64,000 nt of DNA from Clostridia bacterium (lineage in GTDB: Bacteria; Bacillota; Clostridia; Christensenellales; Aristaeellaceae). Shown piece after piece: positions 55,704 through 64,000 of the stretch; positions within the stretch are counted from its first letter, which is position 1; each line of letters begins with the position of its first letter. Location of the stretch: assembly GCA_017476605.1 (NCBI GenBank), contig JAFUZM010000088.1:112-64111 (forward strand), given 5' to 3'. Under the pieces are notes generated by a model, which was given only the letters and a program-made list of their open reading frames with translations, did not search any database and was not told where the DNA came from. The position numbers and the translations under genes were made by a program.

Positions 55704-55717
55704 GTGACCACGGTCAC
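55704..55717. promoter_or_regulatory. Palindromic operator candidate in the 5' UTR of the sugar operon
   Basis: GTGACCACGGTCAC (GTGACC/GGTCAC arms), between the promoter and the RBS. Confidence 0.3.
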
Positions 55718-55760
55718 GGCGAAGTTCATCACTCCTTCAAAATATACCAAAACCTGCTCT

Positions 55761-55789
55761 ATACTACCATACTTTTAAGCGTGGTTCAA
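55761..55789 (-). promoter_or_regulatory. Sigma-A promoter of the oxidoreductase-kinase-aldolase operon
   Basis: Minus strand reads TTGAAC-17 nt-TAGTAT with a TGg extension. Confidence 0.55.
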
Positions 55790-55843
55790 CACCTTTTGCA
55801 GGACATCTTTTTTCTCTGCTTCAGCCGGATAAAGGGCATGCGC

Positions 55844-55880
55844 CAAGAAAAAAGAACTTTGCAGGGATGCAAAGTTCTTT
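55844..55880 (-). terminator. Rho-independent terminator after fhs
   Basis: Minus strand reads AAAGAACTTTGCA-TCCC-TGCAAAGTTCTTT followed by TTTTCTT. Confidence 0.7.
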
Positions 55881-55886
55881 GAATCA

Positions 55887-57563
55887 TCAAAACAATCCGG
55901 TGATTTTCCCGTTTTCATCAACGTCAATCCGCTCTGCTGCAGGCGATTTCGGCAGGCCGGGCATTGTCATGATTTCCCCGGTCAGCGCGACCAAAAAACC
56001 GGCGCCGGCAGAAACCTTCAGGTTACGAACGGTAACGGTGAATCCCTCCGGTGCACCAAGCAGCGCTGGGTCATCCGAGAAGGAATACTGCGTTTTCGCG
56101 ACGCATACGGGCAAATGACCAAATCCAAGCTCTGTCAGGCGATCTGCCTGTTTTTTTGCAGCAGGCGTCAGCTGGATGCCGGCACCACCGTAGACATTTT
56201 TAACAATGGATGTGAGTTTTCCCTCGATGGTGTCATTCAGGTCATAGCTGTAGGTAAATGCCGGTGTCTCTTCCTCACAAAGCCGTACGACTTCATGGGC
56301 GAGCGTTTCGCCGCCACGGCCACCCTCGGCCCATACGGTACTCAGGACAGTGTTCACGCCAAGTGCCTTGCAGCGATCTATGATATAGTCAATTTCCCTG
56401 TCCGTGTCTGTGGGAAAACGATTGATGGCAACCACACAGGGCAGATGATACACCTCTTTGATGTTGTGAACGTGTCGCAGGAGATTCGGAATGCCCTTTT
56501 CCAGGGCCTCAAGATTTTCCTCGTTCAGCTGTTTCTTGTCAAGTCCGCCATGCATCTTGAGTGCACGAACCGTCCCGACAACGACAACGGCATCCGGCGT
56601 AAGGCCGGCCATTCTGCACTTGATGTCCAGGAACTTTTCGGCACCAAGGTCTGCACCGAATCCGGCTTCTGTGACGGTGTAATCCCCCATATGCAGCGCC
56701 ATCTGTGTGGCCATTACGGAATTGCATCCATGAGCAATATTGGCAAAGGGACCTCCGTGGACAAACGCCGGTGTCCCCTCCAGTGTCTGGACAAGGTTCG
56801 GCTTGAGCGCATCCCGAAGAAGTGCGGTCATTGCACCTGTGGCCTTAAGATCATTTGCGGTTACCGGTTTATCATCATAGGTATAGGCAACAATGATCCG
56901 CCCGAGGCGTTCCTTGAGATCCGAAAGAGAGGTTGCAAGGCAGAAGACCGCCATGATTTCACTGGCAACTGTGATGTCAAATCCATCCTCGCGCGGTGTC
57001 CCGTTGACTCTTCCGCCAAGGCCGTCAACAACGTAGCGAAGCTGGCGGTCATTCATGTCGACACAGCGTTTCCATGTGATTTTCTTGACATCAATGCCAA
57101 GGGCATTCCCCTGCTGAATGTGGTTATCCAGCATGGCGGCCAGCAGATTGTTTGCAGCTCCGATGGCATGAAAATCGCCTGTGAAGTGCAGATTGATGTC
57201 CTCCATCGGCACAACCTGCGCATAGCCGCCACCGGCTGCGCCACCCTTAACGCCAAAGACAGGGCCCAGACTGGGCTCACGCAGTGCAACCGTCACCTCT
57301 TTCCCGATTCGGCTGAGGCCATCCGCAAGACCGATGGTGGTCGTCGTTTTTCCTTCGCCTGCGGGTGTCGGTGTGATTGCGGTTACCAGGACCAGCTTTC
57401 CTGGCTTCCTACCGGTATCTGCAAGAAGCGCAGGATCGATTTTCGCTTTATATTTTCCATATGGCTCGACATAAGCCTCGTCGATATGCGCTTTTTTCGC
57501 AATCTCCATGATGGGCTTCATCTGGCACTGCTGTGCGATTTCAATATCTGTTTTATATTCCAT
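55887..57563 (-). CDS. fhs: Formate--tetrahydrofolate ligase
   Basis: 558 aa. [25 protein letters not shown]-loop block, [21 protein letters not shown]. Confidence 0.95.
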   Translation of the reverse strand: MEYKTDIEIAQQCQMKPIMEIAKKAHIDEAYVEPYGKYKAKIDPALLADTGRKPGKLVLVTAITPTPAGEGKTTTTIGLADGLSRIGKEVTVALREPSLGPVFGVKGGAAGGGYAQVVPMEDINLHFTGDFHAIGAANNLLAAMLDNHIQQGNALGIDVKKITWKRCVDMNDRQLRYVVDGLGGRVNGTPREDGFDITVASEIMAVFCLATSLSDLKERLGRIIVAYTYDDKPVTANDLKATGAMTALLRDALKPNLVQTLEGTPAFVHGGPFANIAHGCNSVMATQMALHMGDYTVTEAGFGADLGAEKFLDIKCRMAGLTPDAVVVVGTVRALKMHGGLDKKQLNEENLEALEKGIPNLLRHVHNIKEVYHLPCVVAINRFPTDTDREIDYIIDRCKALGVNTVLSTVWAEGGRGGETLAHEVVRLCEEETPAFTYSYDLNDTIEGKLTSIVKNVYGGAGIQLTPAAKKQADRLTELGFGHLPVCVAKTQYSFSDDPALLGAPEGFTVTVRNLKVSAGAGFLVALTGEIMTMPGLPKSPAAERIDVDENGKITGLF

Positions 57564-57586
57564 GGCTTTTCCCTCTGTAAAGGCAC

Positions 57587-60500
57587 TTATCCCTTAAAAT
57601 AGGCAACGGCAGATTCAAACATGTGGATATTATAGTTTCCTGGAACGTTTTTGTACAGTCCGCTGCCGATGCGTTCGCTGTGCCCCATTTTGCCAAATAC
57701 CCGGCCATCCGGGCTTGTAATGCCCTCGATTGCAAGACAGCTGCCATTGGGATTAAAGCGAATATCCATGGTTGCCTCCCCGTCAAGGTCGACATACTGC
57801 GTTGCAATCTGTTCACTGGCAATCAGCTGCTTAAGCACATCCTCATCGGCAAAGAAGCGACCCTCGCCGTGACTGATGGGAACCGTGATGATGTCCCCGA
57901 TGCTGACCTTCCTCAGCCAGGGACTTCTGTTACTGACGATCCGTGTGCGGACAAGGCGGCTCTGATGACGTCCGATGGTATTGAAGGTAAGCGTCGGTGC
58001 ATGCGCATCCGCGTCGATGATTTTCCCGTATGGAACCAGACCAAGCTTGATCAGCGCCTGGAATCCGTTGCAGATTCCGCACATCAGTCCATCCCGCTTC
58101 TGAAGGAGATCCATGACGCTTTCCTTAATCGCCTGATTTCTGAAAAATGCGGTGATAAACTTTGCGGAGCCATCCGGCTCATCGCCGCCGCTGAACCCGC
58201 CGGGGATAAAGATCATCTGTGATTTCTCAATTTCTTTTGCAAAGCTGTCGATGCTCCTGGCGATTCCCTCCGCGCTCAGATTGTTGATCACCATGATTCG
58301 GGCATCGCCACCCGCATCCTCGACGGCACGTGCACTGTCATACTCACAGTTGGTGCCGGGGAAAGCAGGAATGAGCACCCGGGGCTTTGCGACCTTGAGA
58401 GACGGGAAAATACTGACTCTTTCACTGCCGGTCAGTGTTTTCACAGGGAGCGTATCTGCGGAGGCACACGTCGGATATACGGATTCCAGCTTTCCTTCCC
58501 AGGCAGCCTGGAGCTCGGAGAGAGCCACCTTTTCCTCACCGCATATGATTTCCTGTGTCTCGGTGATCGTGCCAATAAGCTGGCCAACTTCCTCATCTAC
58601 CTCAAGCAGGAAACTGCCATAGCGGTACCGGCGCAGATCGGAAAGAGTAAGGTTTGGCGCAAAGGTAAAGCCAAACCCGTTTCCAAAGCTCATTTTCATG
58701 ACTGCTTCAAGAATGCCGCCCATGCCCGGGGTGTAAACGGCGGAAACATGGCCGCTGCGAATCAGTTTCGTTACCCGATCAAACGTAGAAAGCAGAGACT
58801 GGGTTACAGGCAGATGGTCGGCCCCCATCTCCGGTGCAAGCAGAACCAGCTTGTGGCCCGGGGTTTTAAATTCCGGTGAGAGAATGTCCCCCGTTTTAGC
58901 GGTGGTGACAGCGAAAGAGACGAGGGTCGGCGTAACATCCAGGTTTTCAAAGCTTCCGCTCATGGAGTCCTTGCCGCCGATGGCGCCGACGTTCAGCTCC
59001 ATCTGGGCCTTAAACGCGCCAAGGAGTGCAGCCAGGGGCTGTCCCCAGCGTGTCCCGTCATGGCCCGGCTTTTCAAAGTATTCCTGGAATGTCAGATATA
59101 CATCCTTAAAGGAGGCACCGGTTGCAATCAGCTTGCTGATGGACTCGACAACGGCCAGATAGGCACCGTGATACGGGCTCTTTTCCATGATAAAGGGATT
59201 GTATCCCCAGGCCATCAGGGAGCAGTCATCCGTATGCGCTTTTTCCATGCTGATTTTCTGAACCATGGCCTGAATCGGCGTAAGCTGATGTTTCCCGCCA
59301 AACGGCATGAGGATGGTTCCGGCACCGATGGTCGAATCGAAGCGTTCGCTGAGGCCCCGATGAGAGCACATATTGAGATCCTCTGCGATGGCAAACAGGT
59401 TTTCGCGGAACGTTCCGGTGAATTGAGGATCAAAGGTCTCCGGTTTCCTCACCTGAACATCAATATGTTTCGGTGCTCCGTTTGTATTGATGAAGGCACG
59501 GCTGATGTCCACAATGGCTTTGCCGTTCCACATCATGGTAAGGCGCGGCTCCTCTTTGACGACAGCCACGGGAACGGCCTGAAGGTTTTCCTGTTTTGCC
59601 AGATCGAGGAAGGCCTGAGTATCGCCGGGGGCGACCACGACCGCCATTCTTTCCTGACTTTCGGAGATGGCCAGCTCTGTTCCATCCAGGCCTTCATACT
59701 TCTTGGGAACTGCATTGAGGTCAATCGTGAGTCCATCAGCCAGCTCACCGATCGCGACGCTGACACCGCCTGCGCCAAAGTCATTGCACCGTTTGATCAT
59801 CCGACAGGCATCATGGTTGCGGAAAAGGCGCTGCAGCTTCCGCTCCTCCGGCGCATTTCCCTTTTGAACCTCTGCACCGCAGGTTTCCACGCTGTGTGCA
59901 TTATGCGCTTTGGAGGAACCGGTAGCGCCGCCAATGCCGTCGCGTCCCGTGCTGCCTCCGAGCAGAATGACCACATCTCCCGGAGCGGGACGTTCCCGCC
60001 GAACGTTTGCTTCTGGTGCTGCTGCAATGACGGCACCGATTTCAAGACGCTTGGCTGCATAGCCCGGATGATAGAGTTCATCCACAATGCCGGTCGCAAG
60101 GCCGATCTGATTTCCGTAAGAGGAATAGCCGGCGGCAGCGGTGGTGACCAGCTTTCTCTGAGGCAGTTTTCCCGGGATGGTTTCGCTGACCGGAACCGTA
60201 GGGTCTGCCGCACCGGTGACGCGCATTGCGCCATAGACATAGGCTCGCCCGCTGAGAGGATCGCGAATGGCACCGCCGATACATGTGGCGGCTCCGCCGA
60301 AGGGTTCAATTTCCGTCGGATGGTTGTGGGTCTCATTTTTGAACAGCAGGAGCCATGGTTCGCGCTTTCCGTCTGCCTCCACCTCGATCTTCACCGTGCA
60401 GGCATTGATCTCCTCGCTCTCATCCAGCTTTGCCAGCTGGCCGTTTTCCTTAAGGTAGCGGACCGCGATGGTCGCGATGTCCATGAGGCAAACGGGCTTT

Positions 60501-61273
60501 GTCCGTCCAAGTTCTTTCCGGACCGCCTGATAGTCCTCATATACACGCTGCAGAGCGTCATCTTCAAACTTGACTGAGTCAATCTCCGTGAGGAAGGTGG
60601 TATGCCGGCAATGATCACTCCAATAGGTGTCCAGCATCCGAATTTCCGTGATCGTCGGATCCCGGTTTTCCTTTTTAAAATAGTCCTGGCAAAATGCAAT
60701 GTCCGCCTCATCCATCGCAAGGCCATATTTGTCAATGAATGCTTTCAGCTCATCCCTTGAAAGCTGCGTAAATCCATCTACAGTTGCAACGCTTGTCGGA
60801 ATTTCATATTCTGTTTTGAGCGTTTCCGGCTTCTCAAGTGTTGCCTCTCTGGCCTCAACTGCATTGATTACATACTTCTTTATGGCCTCCACATCTGCTG
60901 TGGAAAGCTCGCCATACAGTGCATACAGACGGGCAGAGCGAATCAGGGGACGATCCCCCTTGCTGATGATCTGAATACACTGCGCAGCGGAATCCGCACG
61001 CTGATCAAACTGACCGGGGAGATACTCCGTGGCAAAGATGATGGCATCCCCCGTGTCCGGTGTTTCGCTTACGATGTCCAGCTGCGGCTCTGAGAACACG
61101 GTTTTTACGGCATACTCAAACAGCTCCGGTGTGATGTTTTCTACATCGTAACGGTTAAAAATTCTTATCTTTGTCAGCCCCTGGATGCCCAGTAACGCAA
61201 TGGCATCGCTTTTTAAGCTCTCGGCCTCAAGATCCAGTCCTGCACGCTTTTCAACAAAGACGCGATATACCAT
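57587..61273 (-). CDS. purL: Phosphoribosylformylglycinamidine (FGAM) synthase, single-chain form with a C-terminal glutaminase domain
   Basis: 1228 aa. [34 protein letters not shown], and C-terminal [13 protein letters not shown] ... MGHSER (GATase Cys/His). Confidence 0.95.
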   Translation of the reverse strand: MVYRVFVEKRAGLDLEAESLKSDAIALLGIQGLTKIRIFNRYDVENITPELFEYAVKTVFSEPQLDIVSETPDTGDAIIFATEYLPGQFDQRADSAAQCIQIISKGDRPLIRSARLYALYGELSTADVEAIKKYVINAVEAREATLEKPETLKTEYEIPTSVATVDGFTQLSRDELKAFIDKYGLAMDEADIAFCQDYFKKENRDPTITEIRMLDTYWSDHCRHTTFLTEIDSVKFEDDALQRVYEDYQAVRKELGRTKPVCLMDIATIAVRYLKENGQLAKLDESEEINACTVKIEVEADGKREPWLLLFKNETHNHPTEIEPFGGAATCIGGAIRDPLSGRAYVYGAMRVTGAADPTVPVSETIPGKLPQRKLVTTAAAGYSSYGNQIGLATGIVDELYHPGYAAKRLEIGAVIAAAPEANVRRERPAPGDVVILLGGSTGRDGIGGATGSSKAHNAHSVETCGAEVQKGNAPEERKLQRLFRNHDACRMIKRCNDFGAGGVSVAIGELADGLTIDLNAVPKKYEGLDGTELAISESQERMAVVVAPGDTQAFLDLAKQENLQAVPVAVVKEEPRLTMMWNGKAIVDISRAFINTNGAPKHIDVQVRKPETFDPQFTGTFRENLFAIAEDLNMCSHRGLSERFDSTIGAGTILMPFGGKHQLTPIQAMVQKISMEKAHTDDCSLMAWGYNPFIMEKSPYHGAYLAVVESISKLIATGASFKDVYLTFQEYFEKPGHDGTRWGQPLAALLGAFKAQMELNVGAIGGKDSMSGSFENLDVTPTLVSFAVTTAKTGDILSPEFKTPGHKLVLLAPEMGADHLPVTQSLLSTFDRVTKLIRSGHVSAVYTPGMGGILEAVMKMSFGNGFGFTFAPNLTLSDLRRYRYGSFLLEVDEEVGQLIGTITETQEIICGEEKVALSELQAAWEGKLESVYPTCASADTLPVKTLTGSERVSIFPSLKVAKPRVLIPAFPGTNCEYDSARAVEDAGGDARIMVINNLSAEGIARSIDSFAKEIEKSQMIFIPGGFSGGDEPDGSAKFITAFFRNQAIKESVMDLLQKRDGLMCGICNGFQALIKLGLVPYGKIIDADAHAPTLTFNTIGRHQSRLVRTRIVSNRSPWLRKVSIGDIITVPISHGEGRFFADEDVLKQLIASEQIATQYVDLDGEATMDIRFNPNGSCLAIEGITSPDGRVFGKMGHSERIGSGLYKNVPGNYNIHMFESAVAYFKG

Positions 61274-61288
61274 TTCCTATCCTCCATT

Positions 61289-61319
61289 CGCAAAGAAAAT
61301 CCATTTGGATTTCTTTGCG
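61289..61319 (-). other. Hairpin immediately upstream of the purL RBS
   Basis: Minus strand reads CGCAAAGAAATCCA-AAT-GGATTTTCTTTGCG (one bulge), followed by AATGGAGGATAGGAAATG. Confidence 0.4.
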
Positions 61320-61348
61320 TATTTGCTGTTTCTCTCATAAAAGCAGCC

Positions 61349-61378
61349 GCCTGCAAAGGATTTCCATTCCTTGCAGGC
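61349..61378 (-). other. Hairpin directly after the purD stop (partial terminator or processing site?)
   Basis: Minus strand reads GCCTGCAAGGA-ATGGAA-ATCCTTTGCAGGC (one bulge), then GGCTGCTTTTAT. Confidence 0.4.
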
Positions 61379-61384
61379 GCCACA

Positions 61385-62656
61385 TCATTTTGCTTTCTTA
61401 GCGGCAAGTGCAGTCGCTCCGATGTCACTCCGATAGTAAGCATTTGAAAATTTGACTTGCTTAGCCATATCATAGGCTTTGGAGATGGCATCCTCAAGCG
61501 CACCTGCTACCGCAACCACGCCAAGGACCCGCCCGCCGCTTGTGACCAGTGTATCGCCATCCTTTTTCGCGCCGGCGACATACACATGCTCCTTGAGCGC
61601 TTCGGGAATCTCAATTTCGAATCCCTTTTCATATTTCCCCGGATAGCCCTTTGAGGCAAGGACCACACAGCATGCGCTGGCATCCATGAACTCTACTGGC
61701 ACATCGGCAAGCCTGCCGTCTGTCACTGCCTGCATGATCTCAAGCAGATCGCTCTTAAGAAGCGGCAGGACGACCTGGGTTTCCGGATCTCCGAAACGAC
61801 AGTTGTACTCAATGACCTTGGGACCATCCTTGGTCAGCATCAGGCCGAAATAGAGACAGCCGCGAAACTCCCTTCCTTCCTGTTTCATTGCGCGAATGGT
61901 CGGAAGGAAGATTCGATCCATGCATTGCTTTGCCACATCCTCTGTGTAGTAAGGATTGGGGGCAATGGTGCCCATTCCACCGGTGTTCTGTCCCTTGTCT
62001 CCGTCCAGTGCACGCTTATGATCCATGCTTGACACCATGGGGATAACGACCTGTCCATCCGTAAAGCTCAGTACTGAAATTTCCGGTCCCTCGAGGTATT
62101 CCTCAATCACGATCCGCTCGCCGCTGGCTCCGAACTTATGGTCCTCCATGCTTTCCCGAATCGCCTTTTTAGCGTCTTCCCTTGAAAAGGCCACCGTAAC
62201 CCCTTTTCCAAGGGCCAGGCCGTCTGCCTTGATGACGGTCGGGATGGGAGCCGTTTCAACATAGGCAAGGGCATCTGCCATGCGGTCAAACACCGCATAC
62301 TTTGCCGTTGGAATGCCATATTTTTCCATCAGCTTTTTTGAAAAGACCTTACTGCCCTCAATGATGGCGGCGTTGGCTCTGGGGCCAAAGCACGGGATGC
62401 CGACGGCCTCAAGTGCATCGACACATCCGAGCACCAGTGGATCATCCGGAGCAACCACGGCATAATCAATCCCTGTCTCTTTGGCAAAGGCCACAATCCT
62501 GTCAATTTCCGTGGCGCCAATTCCAACGCAAACCGCATCCTCTGCAATTCCGCCGTTGCCCGGCAGGCAATAGATGGTTTCAATGCGTTTGTTTTCCCTG
62601 AGCTTTTTAATGATGGCATGTTCTCTGCCGCCACCACCGATAACCATGATTTTCAT
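61385..62656 (-). CDS. purD: Phosphoribosylamine--glycine ligase
   Basis: ORF trimmed to ATG 62656 (GGAGAG upstream), giving MKIMVIGGGGREHAI. ATP-grasp blocks: VIKADGLALGKGV, EYNCRFGDPE. Confidence 0.9.
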   Translation of the reverse strand: MKIMVIGGGGREHAIIKKLRENKRIETIYCLPGNGGIAEDAVCVGIGATEIDRIVAFAKETGIDYAVVAPDDPLVLGCVDALEAVGIPCFGPRANAAIIEGSKVFSKKLMEKYGIPTAKYAVFDRMADALAYVETAPIPTVIKADGLALGKGVTVAFSREDAKKAIRESMEDHKFGASGERIVIEEYLEGPEISVLSFTDGQVVIPMVSSMDHKRALDGDKGQNTGGMGTIAPNPYYTEDVAKQCMDRIFLPTIRAMKQEGREFRGCLYFGLMLTKDGPKVIEYNCRFGDPETQVVLPLLKSDLLEIMQAVTDGRLADVPVEFMDASACCVVLASKGYPGKYEKGFEIEIPEALKEHVYVAGAKKDGDTLVTSGGRVLGVVAVAGALEDAISKAYDMAKQVKFSNAYYRSDIGATALAAKKAK

Positions 62657-62672
62657 TGTGCATCTCTCCAAA

Positions 62673-63854
62673 TCAATGATGGAACAGGCGCATTCCTGTG
62701 AAGCACAGGACAATGCCATACTTGTTGCAGCAGTCAATTACAGCATCATCGCGGATGGACCCGCCAGGCTCGGCAATATAGCTGACGCCGCTGCGATGTG
62801 CACGCTCAATATTATCGCTGAACGGGAAGAAGGCATCTGAGCCAAGGGAAACACCAGTCATCTTTGCGAGGTATTCCCGCTTTTCCGTATCACTGAGCGG
62901 CTCCGGCTGATGCGTGAAATACCGCTCCCAGTTCCCGGGCGCGCATACATCTTCCTCATTCTGGTTGATGTATCCATCGATTACATTGTCCCGATCCGGA
63001 CGGCCAATGTCTGCACGGAACGGCAGAGACAGAACTTTGTCATGCTGGCGCAAAAACCAGGTATCTGCCTTGCTGCCGGCAAGACGGGTGCAGTGAATGC
63101 GGCTCTGCTGACCGGCACCAACGCCGATGGCCTGCCCGTCATAGGCATAGCAGACCGAGTTTGACTGGGTATATTTGAGCGTGATCAGCGAGATAATCAG
63201 GTCACGGACGGCCTCCTCGGGAAGAGCATCGCCACTCACAAGGTTTGAAAGAAGCGCACGGTCAATCTTGAAGTTGTTCCTGCCCTGCTCAAAGGTGATT
63301 CCGAATACCTGCTTATGCTCCTGAACCTCCGGCACATAGAGAGGATCAATTTTCACGATGTTGTAGCTGCCCTTCCTCTTGCTCATGAGAATCTCAAGGG
63401 CTTCCGGCTCGTATCCCGGAGCGATGATGCCGTCGGAGACTTCACGCTTGATCATCTTTGCCGTTGTCACATCACAGACATCGCTGAGGGCAACCCAGTC
63501 GCCAAAGGAACACATGCGATCCGTTCCGCGCGCTCTGGCATAGGCACAGGCGAGAGGTGATGCATCCAGGCCTTCAATGTCATCGACAAAGCAGGCCTTC
63601 TTGAGCTTCTCGCTCAGGGGGATTCCGACAGCCGCAGAGGTCGGACTGACATGCTTAAAGCTGGCGACTGCCGGGAGATTCAGAGCCTCTTTCAGCTCCT
63701 TTACCAGCTGCCAGGAATTAAATGCATCAAGAAAGTTGATGTATCCCGGGCGTCCGTTCAGGATTTCAATCGGCAGGTCACTTCCGTTGTCCATGTAGAT
63801 TTTGGCCGGCTTCTGATTTGGATTGCATCCATATTTTAGTTCAAATTCTTTCAT
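62673..63854 (-). CDS. purH: Phosphoribosylaminoimidazolecarboxamide (AICAR) formyltransferase, short form without the IMP cyclohydrolase/MGS domain
   Basis: 393 aa. LKYGCNPNQ, ASFKHVSPTSAAVG, GSDAFFPFSDNIERAHRSGVSYIAEPGGSIRDD. It lacks the roughly 200-aa N-terminal IMPCH domain of the bifunctional PurH. Confidence 0.85.
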   Translation of the reverse strand: MKEFELKYGCNPNQKPAKIYMDNGSDLPIEILNGRPGYINFLDAFNSWQLVKELKEALNLPAVASFKHVSPTSAAVGIPLSEKLKKACFVDDIEGLDASPLACAYARARGTDRMCSFGDWVALSDVCDVTTAKMIKREVSDGIIAPGYEPEALEILMSKRKGSYNIVKIDPLYVPEVQEHKQVFGITFEQGRNNFKIDRALLSNLVSGDALPEEAVRDLIISLITLKYTQSNSVCYAYDGQAIGVGAGQQSRIHCTRLAGSKADTWFLRQHDKVLSLPFRADIGRPDRDNVIDGYINQNEEDVCAPGNWERYFTHQPEPLSDTEKREYLAKMTGVSLGSDAFFPFSDNIERAHRSGVSYIAEPGGSIRDDAVIDCCNKYGIVLCFTGMRLFHH

Positions 63855-63900
63855 ATCCGCGCTGCAAGCTGTCCCTCGGGACAGTTGCCCTCCTCTTATT

Positions 63901-64000
63901 ATTCCTTGTTTTTGTTGATCAGGCGATTCTCTGCCTCACCGCTGGCAAGATCGATATACCGTACATACAGACTGATCTTATTGTTCTCGTCCAGTGCATT
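63901..64000 (-). CDS. C-terminal fragment of the upstream gene (possibly the separate IMP cyclohydrolase or another pur gene)
   Basis: Minus-strand frame reads ...NALDENNKISLYVRYIDLASGEAENRLINKNKE-stop (TAA at 63903-63901). Its identity cannot be determined from 33 codons; the suggestion comes from operon context only. Confidence 0.3.

Noticed and set aside
57564-64000. Purine, ZTP or THF riboswitch associated with the fhs/pur genes.
   Set aside because: The junctions inside the window are too short or lack the conserved cores (for example the purine UAUA...CCGGGCACCGUAAAUGUCCGACUA-type junction, or the ZTP CCGCCUGGGC). The operon's 5' leader lies beyond the window end, so absence here is uninformative.

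Overview
This is a 64-kb chromosomal segment from what looks like a Clostridia-type Gram-positive anaerobe. The inference rests on AGGAGG Shine-Dalgarno sites, TTGACA/TATAAT sigma-A promoters (often with a TGn extension), hairpin plus U-tract terminators, PFOR, a single-chain FGAM synthase, an AICARFT-only PurH and CotH proteins. I can support about 50 protein-coding genes. I recognised no rRNA, tRNA, CRISPR array, transposase or integrase.

Gene content:
- Central metabolism: nifJ/PFOR, pfkA, fhs, purH-purD-purL, sdaAB/sdaAA.
- Transporters: two tandem MATE paralogues, MFS, DMT, an ABC exporter and an Fe(III)/polyamine-type ABC importer.
- Regulators: LysR, two TetR, and an ECF sigma with its anti-sigma.
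- A putative sugar-catabolic operon: Gfo/Idh/MocA oxidoreductase, PfkB kinase and class II aldolase.
- A CotH-VTC-DUF4956-CotH cassette.
- Several secreted SH3b or peptidoglycan-binding proteins, one with about 20 tandem Thr-rich repeats.
- Three large polytopic membrane proteins resembling GT-C glycosyltransferases.

Most notable observations:
1. A yybP-ykoY (Mn2+) riboswitch with its own promoter and a terminator-type expression platform (25255-25414, minus strand). It drives a 96-aa single-pass His/Gly/Met-rich mini-protein rather than a known Mn exporter. An ECF sigma/anti-sigma pair lies just downstream.
2. A dispersed intergenic element of about 70-100 nt, present in six copies. It usually ends exactly at the Shine-Dalgarno site of the downstream gene. 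One copy is duplicated in tandem in a long structured leader, and one sits inside the sdaAB-sdaAA operon.
3. The tightly packed, functionally uncharacterised CotH/VTC/DUF4956 cassette.

All family calls come from motif recognition by eye. No database search, folding or alignment program was run.
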